DNA of 64,000 nt from Tubiluchus corallicola (Eukaryota; Animalia; Priapulida): NCBI GenBank assembly GCA_030141605.1, contig JAQGDQ010000008.1:1426001-1490000 (forward strand), given 5' to 3'. Below the pieces are notes generated by a model. That model did not search any database. It was given only the letters and a program-made list of their open reading frames with translations, and was not told the origin of the DNA. Positions 10,891 through 40,600 of the stretch are shown piece after piece. The stretch's first letter is position 1; the number at the start of each line of letters is the position of its first letter. A program made the translations under genes and the position numbers.

Positions 10891-12979
10891 GTCTGGCCTC
10901 ACTCGTGCTATCTTCCACGACGTAACGGGGATGCTAATTTTCCTCTACATGTTGTTTTTACTTGGCTTTTTGGACTTTTATTGTGCATTATGTACTTTTT
11001 GTACAATGATGTTTAAAAGCCCCTGTTTTGTGCTTTAATGTGTGATAGAGTTGAATCAACTATAGTAGTTTATGCAAAAAGCTTCAGTGGTAAAGAAAAT
11101 CTGAAATCACTACAAAGGCAATTACTTTTGTGCGTGATGTGTGATGTTCGTGACATCATCAAAACAAAAAACTTACGTAACAATATTAATTTGGATAGAA
11201 TTTCATCGTCAGTGTGGTAATAGTTTGTCGAGTAGTTTTACATCGGGTCGTTAAGTTTTTCCCTTCGCTTGTGGTTCATAGACTCCACACAGAAGTGAGA
11301 TTCAGAGTGCGTAATTTTTTACCTGTTTGCACTTTATCAGTGGATAGTAGCCTATTACGCGTACTACATTAGTTTTGTTGTTTTTCAAAAAAAAAAAAAT
11401 GCTGGTAGAATCACTAGAAAGAATAGAATCTGTCATCAGCAAGTACAGTCTAGTAATATTGATACTGATGCAGGTAGTATCAAGTGTGATCAGTTAACCT
11501 GCTTCGTTTAATTTTCTGCGCCATGTCAAAACAAAAATGATCTATCAACAATGGAATGAATATTAGCAAATGATTTATTTCCACTTTTTTCGTAATATTC
11601 CATTTTTCAACTGAATTGATTTTAAATATTTTAAATAATTCGTAATTAAATACTATCATAATTGTGGCAAAATGCATCTCATTTTACTGTCATTAATAAA
11701 GACTTTCATCGCAATGCTTTGCACAGTAGCGACAGCAATATCTAATAACTATTAGCGTTAAAAAATAACAAGTGCAAAAGTGTTAACTTCTGTTTCAGGA
11801 AAGCTTCTCAAACACAAGAAAAATCAATAATAACAAAGTTGAAATAAAGTGCCAGTTTTTACATTTCAGCTTTCTGATAATAATAAATGTTTACATGAAC
11901 ATTGATAACAACTGGACGGATAAGAATTTTTTATCACGCTGACCAAGATATGTACTTGTTAAGATAATAATTATTCTTACCTAATAGGCTAATAATACGT
12001 AAAGTACTACGATTGCAGTTTGAAAATGCAAAAATAATCTTTGGTTCCAACTTTGGAATTGAGCTGTACTATCTCTGAATCGTAGTATAAACTGAATTTC
12101 TATCTACATAATTAATACGTGTATAATCTGTCGAGTCTATTTATACATAAATACGTATAATAAGTTTACTTTTCTGTTTTCAACAAATACGTGCAAGCTT
12201 AAAATAGCAAAGTTTAAGCTTTACAACACCAAATTGTTTAACATGCAAAGAAGGAATGCAAAGTAATTATTGTCGCTGTTTTAAATAATTATAAATTAAT
12301 TAACGCACTGATCATTCATTATACGTCTGAATTTTTTAAAGTTATTTTTTGGTATTTAGAGGTCGCATGTTTGTGCACAAGAATGCAAGGATTGCAAAAA
12401 ATCATTGTCACGGTTTTCAATAATCATTTATAATTTAAAGGAAAGGACAAGTCACCTAACGTGTTGGGTTTATTTTGCTGTTATCACTTAAACTTAAAAA
12501 AATATAGAAAATAAGTGTCCAAAAAACTGTCCATACAGTTTCCGGCGTGATAGTAGCCACCGTTCACTTGAAAATAATGACGTAACTGGTGGATTTCGTG
12601 AGTTTTCGTTAGTGCACGAGCTGCCTAAACTAATTCAAACTTCTGCCTGTTACATAATTTTCATGCAAAAGTATCACAAAATTAGCTATGAACATTTTTG
12701 TAAAAAGTTACTACACTTTTACCGGAAATTGACAGTACGCTGTTTTTTTTCAGCCAATGAACAACGTCATTGGTGGAAGAATAGGCTGTCAAAATTGGAG
12801 CACCCAATCGTGCCATTAAAAGGATTTTACTATATACGCAAGACGCTTATCATACATCTTTTATTACTAAATATTTCTAACGTTTTTCGTGAACATAAAA
12901 ATGAGCCTAACTTCTCAGAAGGATTGGTCTTTCCTTTAATTATTTTGCTTTTATTCATTAAGCCTTAAATTTTTTAAAA

Positions 12980-28119
<15,140 letters not shown>

Positions 28120-29682
28120 TAGAATTTAATTTTGAATTCAAACTCGCGAAGTTGTTTCGAGGCGATGTTTGCTGTAATGGCGCTGACAGAAACAGTGCAA
28201 GAAATGACATGGCGTGCAGTAAGTAAACATTATGACTCTTAGCTAGTATCTCCTATCAGCTTATACCTATAGCTAAATACTAAACTGACAAGGTTTATCA
28301 TCTGTAAGTTGATGGTCCAGGTACTGGCTCTGCTGATTCCAGCACTCGACCTTCAATGCACCATTTTTATATGGTGCATTGAGCTGAAGAATGTATACAG
28401 GCATATACAAGAATATATGCATACAAAATGTTATAGGGCCTACCATCTTGACATTTTTATGCATTTTATAACTTCTTATTATTTTACACGTCCAGCTCTA
28501 AATTTTAGTACTAGACGCAGTAAAATTGCAATAAATTTCATCAAGATTATTTTTTTAGCTTATAAATCGCAGGTTTCATGACAATTAAATTTCTAAAACA
28601 TTAAAAATTTGAGAAATAATTAAACCTTTAGTAGATGAGAGGGCTTACACAAAATCACGGAAATGGCTGAGAGAATGTGATTTAATAATGCTGGTACCCG
28701 AAAACGTCTATGTTTTATTGATTGTCATTATATTTTTTTAGTTGGGGCGTAATAGTTTGTTTTTAATGAGTTAGTGAAACCTTCAAACTTTAGTGAAGCT
28801 GCCCATAAGTTTCAATCGTGCTTAGGGCTAAACTGTTGCGTTTTTTACTATATGAGAAAGGCTTTGGACTTTATTATGTTTACATAATGTTATATAAATT
28901 TTAAGACAAAATTATGTTAAATGTTGATTTGTTAAATGTTTGATAATTGCCAGCTTTGACTCATGTAACTGAAAGCCATTTTGGAAAGACATGTTATTTG
29001 GTGGCTTATTGTTTTATGCATTGACTTTTAAAATAGGTTTTCTCAAAAGTTTACACTTTTGGCTTCAAGTTATAACTTTCTTTTTTAATCGCACAGTGGT
29101 CAAACTTAGACGGATATATTGCCAGTCGATGCTTTACATAAAATTTTATTTAACCCGGTTTAATTCCGCAAACTACAAGCTTTTACGTTTGCGCTTTTTC
29201 ACCCACGTTGCTTACCCACACAATCGGATATAAACAAAGTAAAAATTAGTATTAAAAATATTGTTCTGTGTTTGTTCTCTTGAGGTATGCTTAGTTTTCT
29301 ATTTTGTGTTCTTTCATTTTACGCACAAGTCATTTTTATTTATTTTTGACGCAACACAGATTCTATTATGTTCTTAGTCACTTTTGTAATCTTTCTATTT
29401 CTGTTTTGTGCATGCTAAAATAAAGAATAAAAATAATTGACTCCAATAAAATGCTATCGAATTTTAGTTAACTATTAGGAAACGACCAACTTCCGTTTGC
29501 TTACACATTAGTTAACAAATGCCCGTCTGGAAAAAAGATAAAAAACAAGATTTATTTACTGTTACTTATTTCACAGACAACATTAGCATGAAAGGCTATT
29601 TAGCAACTTACATGTACAACACTACAGGTAAGGACGTCATACACAAATAACGAATAACATGTAGGGTATATGTCCTGTAGTT

Positions 29683-29756
29683 GGCAGCTGCTGGTCTCGA
29701 ACTCAACACTGCGTGTATGCAGTTCGAAATCTAAACCACTCGGCCATTCAACCCAT
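29683..29756 (-). pseudogene. tRNA-derived sequence (SINE head or tRNA pseudogene)
   Basis: Pol III A box TGGCCGAGTGG and B box GAGTTCGAGACC at tRNA-like spacing; cloverleaf stems do not pair well. Confidence 0.5.
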
Positions 29757-29879
29757 GACATCTTTCGTATTTTATGTAAATTTTCCATTGCACTGTAGCT
29801 TGATTTAACTAGGTAAGGTTTTCAGTAACACGCAAGTAAGATTTTTGCTGAGATATTAACGCAATTTATTAAACAGTTC

Positions 29880-30540
29880 TAATAGAATAAGCGACCTTTG
29901 TGCAGCAGTTTAGACAGGCGGTATATTTGCTCTGCAAAGTCACATGTTTGGTAACTAAAACCTTATCAATGGACAAATATCAGCTGATCGGAGAGTGGAG
30001 ATAAGTTACGGTAAGCTATCGACTTTACCTGCATGAATACCTGCCTTACCTGATGCAGGTATACAACGTGCGTTGCAGTTCACAACATGTCCGCCCAGTT
30101 ATTAAGGCTGTATTTGATGTTAGACTGATTTTTCAATCGATGAAATACAGGAATTTGTAAAGTAATATATATGCTTCCTTTAATTGCCATTGTCTTAGAT
30201 GCCAACAATAAAAATGCAGTGTCTATTATAAGCCTGCAAAGAAGAGCCCAATCAGCAACTGATGCTGTATCTTTTACAAATTTGATTTTAAATAATTTTG
30301 TATGTTAGACTCTGACTTGCTGAGTTGCAGCACACATTTTAAGATATTTGGTAGGTATCGGTAGGAAATTGAGGGGATGATTGACAAGTAGTCAAAGGTC
30401 ACCTGGTAAGAGAAGTACCAGACAAAGGATATCAGTGAAAAATCCACTTAAACAAAAAACAAGCTGTCGAGTCATCACATGTTGCCCTTTATGATTTGCA
30501 TTCTCTTACCAGCACGCATTTTAAAATCATTAAACAAATC
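29880..30540. promoter_or_regulatory. Candidate HNF4 upstream enhancer (DR1 + GATA + Fox motifs)
   Basis: DR1-like TAGTCA-A-AGGTCA (30389-30401) and TGCACA-A-AGGTCG (minus, 29892-29904), GATA sites CTTATCA (29962) and AGATAAG (29999), TAAACAAA (30449, 30531). Confidence 0.35.
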
Positions 30541-32178
30541 CTGACGACTGCCTTGCTAAAATAAATTTACTCATCTTCTATCTATTAAAATAACTCTACT
30601 AAGTGAATAATTGCAAACTGCACATAGTGTTTCACACATCATTTTAAGTAGTGTAGGTATATTGCGAGTATCATTTTATTTGAATATAGAAAAAATGTTT
30701 TTTCTGATGTTTGTGAAAAAAAGAAAGCAAACAATCTTTGAATAAGCATGAGCGAGTTTGCGGGAGATTGTTAATTAAGAGCCAAATCGAAACGTAAATT
30801 TTTTCAATGTGTTAGTATATACTGCTTGTCTAACTAAACATGATTAAGTTACCCGTCTTTTTTACAAATGAAATTGAAATTAAATCCTGTGCTAATTATG
30901 TATATAAGCCAACTTTGTTCAACTTAAATTATTAACAGACTAGTATGTAATGTTTTGGCATCTGTCAATCTATTCTCGATGTAATAAATAGTCCCATAAA
31001 AATTGTATAATTAACATAGTAGATGTAGTCTGTATTAATGTTGTGTGCCAGTCAGCTTTGTTTAATTTTAAATTAAGGTCGTGTGCGTTTGTGACATTAA
31101 CATTTTCAGTCAACCTTTTATTTATGTAACTCTATATCTGTGATATGTCTTAATGTATTCAAATTTTATTTACATGTAGGACAGCTCCCAGCAAATAGAG
31201 GGACACCTTCTTGTATATATTTGTTTTTTAATAAAGAATTATAATAATAAAAAAATAATAGTATTTACTTTTATTGTAAAAATATGGAAGGCTTAAGTTG
31301 TAATTTTGTTAGCTCTGTTTCGCTATAATTTTATAGGTTAAAAGCTTTGTTATACAAGCAAAATTTGTCAAGTTTACAAAAACAGTAAATATTCAATGGA
31401 AAGCCCAGAACTAGCCTTGCCGCGTTTGTGGTTTTGTTTAAATAGCTCGCCATTCCGGATATGCATTTTGTACGCTCACATTTATTAGCCTAAACTAGAG
31501 CTCCACTTATCAGGACAAGAAAAACCTTTACTTACGTATATAAAAACTAGAAAAATTCGTCTTGAAACTTTGTATCATCTAGGCTACCTACTGCTGTATT
31601 GCGCACTGAGCTTACTCTAGCAGTAACGCTGCAAAAAAACTTGAAAATTAAACCGTTTACGCGATGCCTGTTTTTATTATTGTATTGTTATTATCATTGT
31701 GTATATAGTTTAATGTTTTTTGTTGCAAAGCAGCCAAATAAAAAACTATTGAATTGAATTGATTACCGCTAGGCGCAGCCATTTTGACAGTAAGTCGTTC
31801 AAAACAAGTTTAGATAAAAATTGCGTAAAGTTTGAAAAAATAATTCGAGCATTCATACAGCACACTTTGCCAACTAACTAAACAAAAATATAAATATTTT
31901 ATCTTGTCAACAAGATTAAAAATACGTTTTTGGTGAGTCAGTGGTGCACACTGGGAAGGTGGGTAGGTGACATTTTACCAGTTGGTGTGAACATTTTAAC
32001 TTATTAAGAATTTTCTTTTCTAGTTACATAAGTCTTTCAAGCAGGTAAGCATATAACATTGTTGTTGAAGATTTTTTGGACATACTTTAAAATTGTCTAA
32101 ACTTCCCATTTAACAAAAATGTAGGCCTATATTGGCAGTTTAAAAATCATGGAAAATAACCTGCACAAAACTGCTGTC

Positions 32179-32607
32179 TTAAAGGAAGACAGGATGAATT
32201 TTCAAGTACGGTAAAAGTAGACATTTTAACACAATTAATACTGCAATTTCTGATAATTAAATAATGGATTAAATTTGAAATTTACCAGCGTGCTCACGCA
32301 TAAGCTGTCGAACATGTGTAATTCGTCACAAACTAACACATCTGAACTGAGAAGTACAGCATCTGTCTTTTGTGCAATGCGTTCCAGAAATGCAGGCGGT
32401 AGTGCCCGTCTAACTAACAAATGGCGAAATGCATGTAACAGCGAAAAACTAGTGGCGCGAATGTGAAGTTGCGTTTGTGTGGTAATAATTCTTTCACGCA
32501 AGTCATTTTTGAAAAAATAGTATGTTTCATTTAAATATTTTAAAGAGTAGATTGTTTTGACCTACAGTCTAAACAAGTTTATAAGATTGGATCCGGTTTT
32601 GCTTTCA
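32179..32607 (+). mobile_element. Kolobok-like element, internally deleted copy
   Basis: TTAA|AGGAAGACAGG start, CCGGTTTTGCTTT end; lacks the GAGCCCAACTA block. Confidence 0.7.
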
Positions 32608-33687
32608 GTATAACAGCACGTAATCCTCACTGTGCATTATATTCTTTAGATAATTTAGCACTCTACAAATTATGTTATAGCATTCAGTCGCTAGGATTAC
32701 TAACACACTATGAACGGTTGTGGAGAAAACAGACCTATAGATGATCATTGCCAAAGATGTCTGTGTTTCAACGCATGCGCGTACATTTTTTTATTTCTGT
32801 ACATATTTGAAGCCCAAGTCACAATTAATTTCCTTTTTAATAACTAGAATTAAATGAAATTTCAAATTTAAATGTAAACAATTTTAGCACTCAGTCTACA
32901 TGTTGTAAAAAGCACGTACCTCCGAAAAAGTTATGGAATCATTAAAAATCAACTTAAATTAAAAGCAATAAAAAGCATAATTTCAAATCTGTGGAATCAA
33001 AAGAATTATTAAGATTATCGCATTCAATATGTACAGGCAGGGTACAGAAGCGTCAACTTATCAACAAAATTTACTAATTATAGAATGTATAGAAACAAAA
33101 TTGATTAAATTAATCATACTGTGTAATTGCAGTTCATTCAATATAAATATTGCACGAAATAAATAAATAAATGGTTACAAAGTAATTAGTGAAAATTTTG
33201 TGACAAATATTGGCCTAAATAACTTCATGTATATCTAGGTTGCAGGAAACCAGTATTCTTGGTTTCTTAAAGTTAATTCATTTTCACTTAAATATTTAGA
33301 AAAATAAGTATTTAAAAACAGCTAATTGCTCTCGAAAGACCTAGGATGCGTGTGACGCACAAAGACAGGGACTCTAACAGCGTTGGTCTAGACCTCATGA
33401 CCTTTATTCTCATGGCTTCTTTGCGCAGGAGGTGTCTAACGATTCCGTGGTGATCGGCTTAGCACAATATAGTGTTATACGTTCAAAACACGGGGGACAG
33501 AATAAGTAAATTCATGTTTGGAGAATGAAACCAACAAACTAAAATGGTTTTTAATTAATTACTAACAAAGCGAAATAACGAGACAAAAACAGTCAATAAT
33601 TTCTGCACAGAACGTCGTTGACGCCACAGATAAAAATATCAGAGCGCATTACCAACAGTAATTAATGAGCGCAACAGCCAGTTATAA

Positions 33688-34250
33688 TGGGGTGATTTTT
33701 AATATCCTACGCCATTTTGAAGTACGCTAAAAGTATATATTTTAACACCTATAATGATGTGAAGCTAATTAAATAATACGCTCAAAAGCTTAATCAAAGG
33801 CAGGCAAGCCCAATTAGTGATAACGTCATAACTGAACATAATTTTCAACAGCACAAACATTCCATGAGCTCGTTGCACGTGTTTTTGCTGGTGAAAGCGA
33901 AAATTGAAGTATAGTGCTACTATAGAACATTTAATGTGAAACAAGAAACGCGGCAAATTGAAGTTTACCGCTGTACTCGTGCATGAGCTTTCGAACGCGT
34001 GTATTACGTCACAACTGAATACCTCTAACCTGAGAGGTGCAGCACCTGTTTTTTACGCGTTTCCGGTTTGCGGGTGCTAATGCCCATCTAACTAGCGGAA
34101 GGCTGGCCAAATGCACGTAACAGCGAAGAATTAGTCGAGTAAGAACTTCTTTGGTAACAATTCTTGAAAAAATAGTATGTTCCCTTTCAATATTTTGGAG
34201 GATAGATTGTCTTGAGGTATAGTTTAAGATTGGGTCCGGTTTTCCTTTAA
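33688..34250 (+). mobile_element. Kolobok-like element
   Basis: Same internal blocks; ends GGGTCCGGTTTTCCT|TTAA. Confidence 0.7.
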
Positions 34251-34470
34251 ATATCAATATAATTTTCCGTCGCGCTTTCAAAAGCTAATCTTTTTATTAT
34301 ATTTCGGCAGATCGCACCTCGGAATCCCAAACCCATATTTATAATATTTCGGGCGGCACCCGAAACTATAAAAAAACATGTACAAAAAGTCAAGTTATGT
34401 AACCTTACTAGTATATTCTAAGACGTTACAAGTTTCATTTTCTTTTAAGAAGAGAAGAAAGACGACAGAT

Positions 34471-34545
34471 AAAAAAGCGCCCACAGCTGGTATTCCTGGC
34501 AGTCACTCTTCCAGTTAGGCTAACCAAGTTCGGCGCTGCTTAACT
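34471..34545 (-). pseudogene. 5S rRNA-derived fragment (3' half, degenerate)
   Basis: Minus strand AGTTAAGCAGCGCCGAACTTGGTTAGCC...GGAAGAGTGACTGCCAGGAATACCAGCTGTGGGCGCTTTTTT follows 5S consensus GCTAAGCAG...TGGTTAGTACTTGGATGGGAGACCGCCTGGGAATACC...GCTGT.GGCTTTT. Confidence 0.65.
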
Positions 34546-37433
34546 GTCATAGCCAAGCACGTACCTTGAACAATCAGATACTCCACATGCCCCCAAATAA
34601 TTTTTATAAAGCGAAATTTTTTATGATCAACGATAAAAATAAAAAAAAACGTATAAAAATTCATCATTGTCATGTATGTAAATTACATATCGTAATACTG
34701 TAATATTATTTATCACTCTATATCACGTGACACGTGAATTCATTCGAAACTTGTGAATACTATAGCTCGGTTCTGCTATACGACTGAAATTATTTTACAC
34801 GGCAATAGTATAATAATATTTGTTACGTAACATTATTTTGACGAGTTGGAAAGTTGTTACAGCAAAGGCGTATATTAAAAAAACATAAAAAACACTTTCG
34901 GACATTCGTTCTTTAGAATTATTCTTTGAAAAACCCCAGACGCAATGTATATATAAGCTCTATACACTGGGCCAAACATTAACGAAACAACACTGGCATT
35001 TCGCATAACTATGACGAGGTATTGTAGCTTTGCGCATTTCAGTTCACACAGAAATAAAATGCAGGTTCATTACAAATGCCAGTTAATGTATAAAACAGCA
35101 ACATATGCAGAAATATTATAACACGTAATTATACAGAAAATGCACCCGTAGGAATGAGAGCTGTTCTGATGTTTAAATCGAAAATCATCCGAAACTCTAG
35201 AAATTCCTGGCAGAGGAATCGAAAGTTTTTTTGCACCAACATGATGTGAACAGAGAAAAGCCCATGGAACTGAGTCACAGCTTTATGTGTTGACCGAGGG
35301 TTAATTCCGAAAACGGACTCTGACTCTTACAATAAATTCCGGACAAAATACAAGTGAAGCGATCAAAGCTCTGTAAATATTCAACAAATTCGTCTATGCC
35401 CCATTAAGTGTGACGAATACATACCCTGGTCTAAAGGTCGGGACTCCATACCGGAGGGATTCCGCACCATGCGAAGACCTTTGCACTTGCATCCATTCTG
35501 CACCGAGGCTTCAGGGTCAAATTTCACTCCAGTAAAGAACTGACAGCTTAACGCTGCCACCGTACTTACCTTTCCAATGTTTGCCAACGTTGACACGTGA
35601 TTATACGGCCAAGCCTTCTTTCAACATTACGACAGTAATATTGCCGACCAGGGCTGGGGCAATATATACCACCAATACATGCTATACTCTGTACACATCT
35701 CAGTTTAAATAAGGAACTAGGCGAGTTCCTCAATAAACATATTAAAATATTTCTTGAAGGTTGTCGTTATTACCTTTAATTTACTGCGCATTATTCAAAA
35801 CTTGAAATTTCAACTTATGAAACAAAATACAGCGGTCGCATCCGCAATACTACGGATAATATACAGAGGATGTTTTAGTCACATTAGGAGATGGCAAAGG
35901 AGACATTTACTTTATAGATGTGAAGTGCTACCTGTGGAATGCTTAAATAATTCTGTAGTGTGACGTGATAACATTGTATGACAAAGCTTTTGCAACTGTT
36001 ACGTTTTTCGCTGCTCTAAACAAAAAATTATTCTATGAAATTAATACGTCATATTTTTTAGCATTTAGATTAACAAAGATGCTTAAATGATTGTTAAAGT
36101 AGTTGCGAGACTTCATTACAGTATTTTAGTATATTTTTCGGTTAGTTTTTACCATTGACATGTAATGAAATGATATGCAAAGTAATTAAGGAGATTAAGG
36201 CATCAAAATACAATGCGATGTAGCGTAATGTAACGTAATATAGTGTAACGCAGTAATTTTGAAACTCAAAGTTAAACTATTTGACCAAAATTTCTGAATT
36301 AAAATGTCCCAGCGTACACGCTCAATCTTCAACCGTAGATTCACTATTATACTAAATATGCAACATAATATTTGTATACAATATAATGTAAGAAACGGTA
36401 GACACCTGAGACAAACAGTTCTCTCGCAAAAAAATAAACAAGTGCAAAGTTATGGACCTACGTATATGGCATTAATTTTTTTCTTATAAAGTTCGACATG
36501 CTGCGAGCTGGTGGCACTCAGTGGCAAAGGTTATTTAGGCATGTGGTAGTGGCGGGATCGATACCTAGTTATTATGGAATGAGACAATGAATAGGTAGAA
36601 GTGTAACGTTCAAATGTCATCTATTTACTCTTCCTGAACGAGATAAACAATGAATTAGAATTGCGTTCCTGAAAACGCCAATGGGTCTATATAAATACTG
36701 CAGTAAATTATTTAGTCAAAGAATTAATGAAAACCTTAATTTGCGCAATTACATATTGGGCAAATAATGAATTATTATCAACATCATCGTCGTCGTCGTC
36801 GTCGTCGTCATCATCATTATCAGCGTTATAATGGAAACCGATTTTCCAACAAATATTTGCAGACACACATAAGTATGGTAATTGTACTTTCCTACGTCCA
36901 TGTAACTCCTTTTATTTATTATTGTAAATTTTTGATTGTTTTATGCAAATAATTTTATTGTGAATATGGAAAAATAAATAAATAAACTTGAACAGAATGC
37001 TGTATTGAAGCAAAATTGTTGAAAACGCATTTAAACGAATTTAAAAAATCAATGCGAGGAAAAATATTAAACTGAATAATGTCGTTTTAGCGGATTAAAG
37101 GTTTTTAGAGTATAAAGCGGTTATTATGAACTATTTAATACAGTATAACGTTTTACTTCCTGCTTTTGAAGTGTTTTTATAGACATAAGGCACTTTTAAC
37201 GTCAGATTGCTGGCCGATTATCCGCAATTTGCTGGTGTTTTAACGTAATTAGTGATAACGTCTGTGTCTGAATGTGACTTACACCGGATTTAGTCAAGGT
37301 AAATAGGTCGAAATCAAATAAATGTATTTCATATGAATTTTTAACATTTTTATAACTCTGCCGTTCCAGTGCTTGTGTGAACTAAAAGGTTTCTGAATTG
37401 TTTATTATAATTATTAGTATTATTATTATTAAC

Positions 37434-37642
37434 ATTCTAGAAATAAAATTACCAAACGAAATTTCAAACCAGGATCTGTATAATAAAGTCAAGGCAGAGG
37501 AATGGTCAGTTAAAATCAAAAGGAGAAAATTAAGATGAATAGGACATGTTATACGACTACCAGATGACAATCCATTAAAATTAGCTTTCAAAGAAGCACT
37601 GCAGAAAGAAAAGAAACGACAAGGAGAGATGATGATGATGAT
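37434..37642 (+). mobile_element. RTE-clade LINE 3' remnant (ORF C-terminus, one in-frame stop)
   Basis: Translates ILEIKLPNEISNQDLYNKVKAEEWSVKIKRRKLR*IGHVIRLPDDNPLKLAF, matching the I.N..L...I..RRLRW.GHV.R motif of RTE elements; followed by (GAT)n tail. Confidence 0.75.
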
Positions 37643-40600
37643 TAGTATTATATTATTTTGATTCAGTTAATATTATTATTTCCTATTTTGTTTCATTTAT
37701 ACATCTTTGCACAAACTATGGTTATAAAAATAATAAAATGGTACTACACGTAAAAATTCACAAAATTAATTAAACATGTAAATTTTTGCTGACATATTTC
37801 ATAACCTAGGCTTGTTTCGCTAAATCCTTCTATGTAAACATTTGTAATACGAGTTATGAATTATTAAAATAGAGTTCTGCTGTTGCTGTAACAGCATTTA
37901 AAAAGTGATCGTAAATCATGAGATTAGTCTAATAGGAAATTTTGAACACTTTGGTACTAAAATATGCTGATACTAAAACTTATTTGCCAAATATTTTTTC
38001 AAACTACAGATACCCACTTTTGGATAAATTCGATAATATGCCTTACTATTAAACTACTTGATTGTATCAAATCGCTAAGAAATTTTAATGTTTTTTCTGT
38101 ACCGGTAGCAATAAAAACGAATATCTACATAAAACAATTAAAGATTAGAATAATAATAACTGAAATTACAGGAAGAAAAACATGAAAAGAATATGAACTA
38201 AATAATGTAAGCTAATATACTTTCAAAAATATGCCAGTTTTATAAGTGACAATAGCTTCATAATGTTCAGTTGAGAAAATAGTAAAGATTGTCACGATTT
38301 CAGTGGAAAGTGGATTAAGAATGAGCTTATTAAACATACCATTACGTATTCTCATGTTTTGTCATCCACCGATGAATCAGTATGACCAATCATTGGCAGA
38401 CCTGTAACTTCGAACACAACACCTGCTATATTCTACACCTGCCTTAATTAAATTTAACCAAAAAGTATAACAACCGATAAAAAAGAAACAGATTACTGCA
38501 ATTTTTGTTTTAGTTTCTTCGACAAACGGCAAAGAAAAGTGATTTTATAAATTTAACTTTTCACTTCCTTACGAATTGTTTAACAACTGTTTTATCCCTA
38601 AAATCTTGAACGTGCATAGCGCAGCACGTAACAGCTGAAATTCACCTCAGAAACACGCACATTACACTAATTTGTATGTATACAGTATAAATTATAAACT
38701 TGTAGATTTTCGACAATATACAATTCATGATTTTACTAGGCGAAATTATAACAATACTCTCTGCTTCTACATTATAAAGGTCTGTTGGCTTGCAACAATT
38801 TATATTATTTTATTAGCATTTTCCCGTTTTATTTCTTTTTCTAATGTGAATATGTATGCCAAATCAACTCCGTTTTAATTTCCCGTTTTATTTCTATACG
38901 GCATTAGATTCGGTTTGCGTTGAAACTGACTGTGTTGAAATATTTTACATAACAGTAAAAGTGTGTCGTAAGTAAGTTTACGGCACGTAGAACAGCCTAA
39001 GTAAATATATTTTAGTTTACAGGTGGTGTAGTTAACGATGCTAGATGTCAATGTTTCAGTCTGGCACGGTTTTGTATGAAACGTTTTACAACACGAGTAG
39101 AGTGGAAAAGCTCAAAAACCTCTCCTTGTTGAGTTTACTACTCGTTACTGGTAACAAAAGCTATAGAACAATAAGGAATTGAAAAAACAATAAATAGTAA
39201 CTGTACCGTTTAGCTAATAAGAAATAAGCAAGAGATGAATACATCAGTGCACTGGTAAAGGTTTAAAAAAGAGTTAACTGCTGCATTAAATAAATAAAAA
39301 AACAAGAATTTTAAGAGAGTGCTGCGCAAATAACACAAATAACTCGCACGTTGTGGCTTAAGTGCAAATATTATAACAGTATAAAATACCTTAGTCACAA
39401 TAATTGACGAAAACACATTTGTTTGAATTATCTTGGAAAATTTATTCCAAAGAAATATAATTTTATTTCAACTTAACTGAAAAATGCTTTTGGAGTTGAA
39501 AAAAGAATGGGAATTTGGCAGAGTTGCTAAATGACCAAATGTTTTTGTAAGAGCCTAGTTGACGTTCGGGAACAGGTGAAACTCAACTGTTGGCTTCATG
39601 TAAAAATGGACAAAACAAACAGATCATTCACACTTATCATACATTTATTATATTCACGTTTATGAAAGAAACGCCAAATGTGCAAGTTCTCTGTTAAGTA
39701 TGAGACAGACACAAGTATCCAAATACGTTTATTGCCTTTAATTCCTGCATTTTTTCTCTCTGTTTGTTTTATTGAGTTTAGCCTTCAGAACAGGTACGAT
39801 AATTAGTATTTTATAGTTTAGATGTGCTTGCTAAGATTAATGTTAATATGCTTAGCACGTTTATTATTACTTCTACCATTTTTATTAGTTTTACCTATTG
39901 GCATTGCCATGATGACAAATGGAATGGATGATAAATAAGTAAATATATTATTAAATAGCTAAATAAATAAATAATTTGGTCACCTACGAGTAACAGGGCA
40001 CACACCTGTGCTTAATCTCGGGATACCCATCTTTCTCACTGTCAACTTTTTACACTAACATGTGTAGGACGACAGGGGTGGGAAGGTAGGACAAAGTCAC
40101 CCAGAGTGTGTGACTGCCCAGGTGACCAATTGATCTTGGTAACAGTCTCAGCATCGAATAAGTGCTATCCGATACCCATGTCACCCATTAAACACCGTTT
40201 ATGGAGTGTTTAGGAGTATAATCATGGTTTGCAATGTAGGTGACGCAAATGCGCTTGCGCTTATATGCTAGACGCGTACGATAGTTATTTGTGGTGTATT
40301 AGTCGTGTTATCACCGCTGTAGCCCAGTTTTCTCTGACTGAACATCCTGCCTCCGTAGTGCATAGTCACCACCTGATGTGCTAACAGCTGTTTATTGGCT
40401 GAGCTCATACTAGCGTTTTGTTAACTGTCGCACCACGACCATTCACACTGTTGCAAAGTTCTAAGCCAAATGCAAATACCGTAACGATATGCGTCAGCTA
40501 TGTAGCCAGTCATAACGACATGAGTTCAGACTGCTACGCCAGAGGAAAATGGTTGAAGTTGATGCTTTGCCAAGAAGACAATTTCACTTTGGCCAGTCAG

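Noticed and set aside
36510-36570. tRNA-like A/B boxes (also 53550-53625)
   Set aside because: No intact cloverleaf; at most decayed SINE heads, not functional tRNA genes
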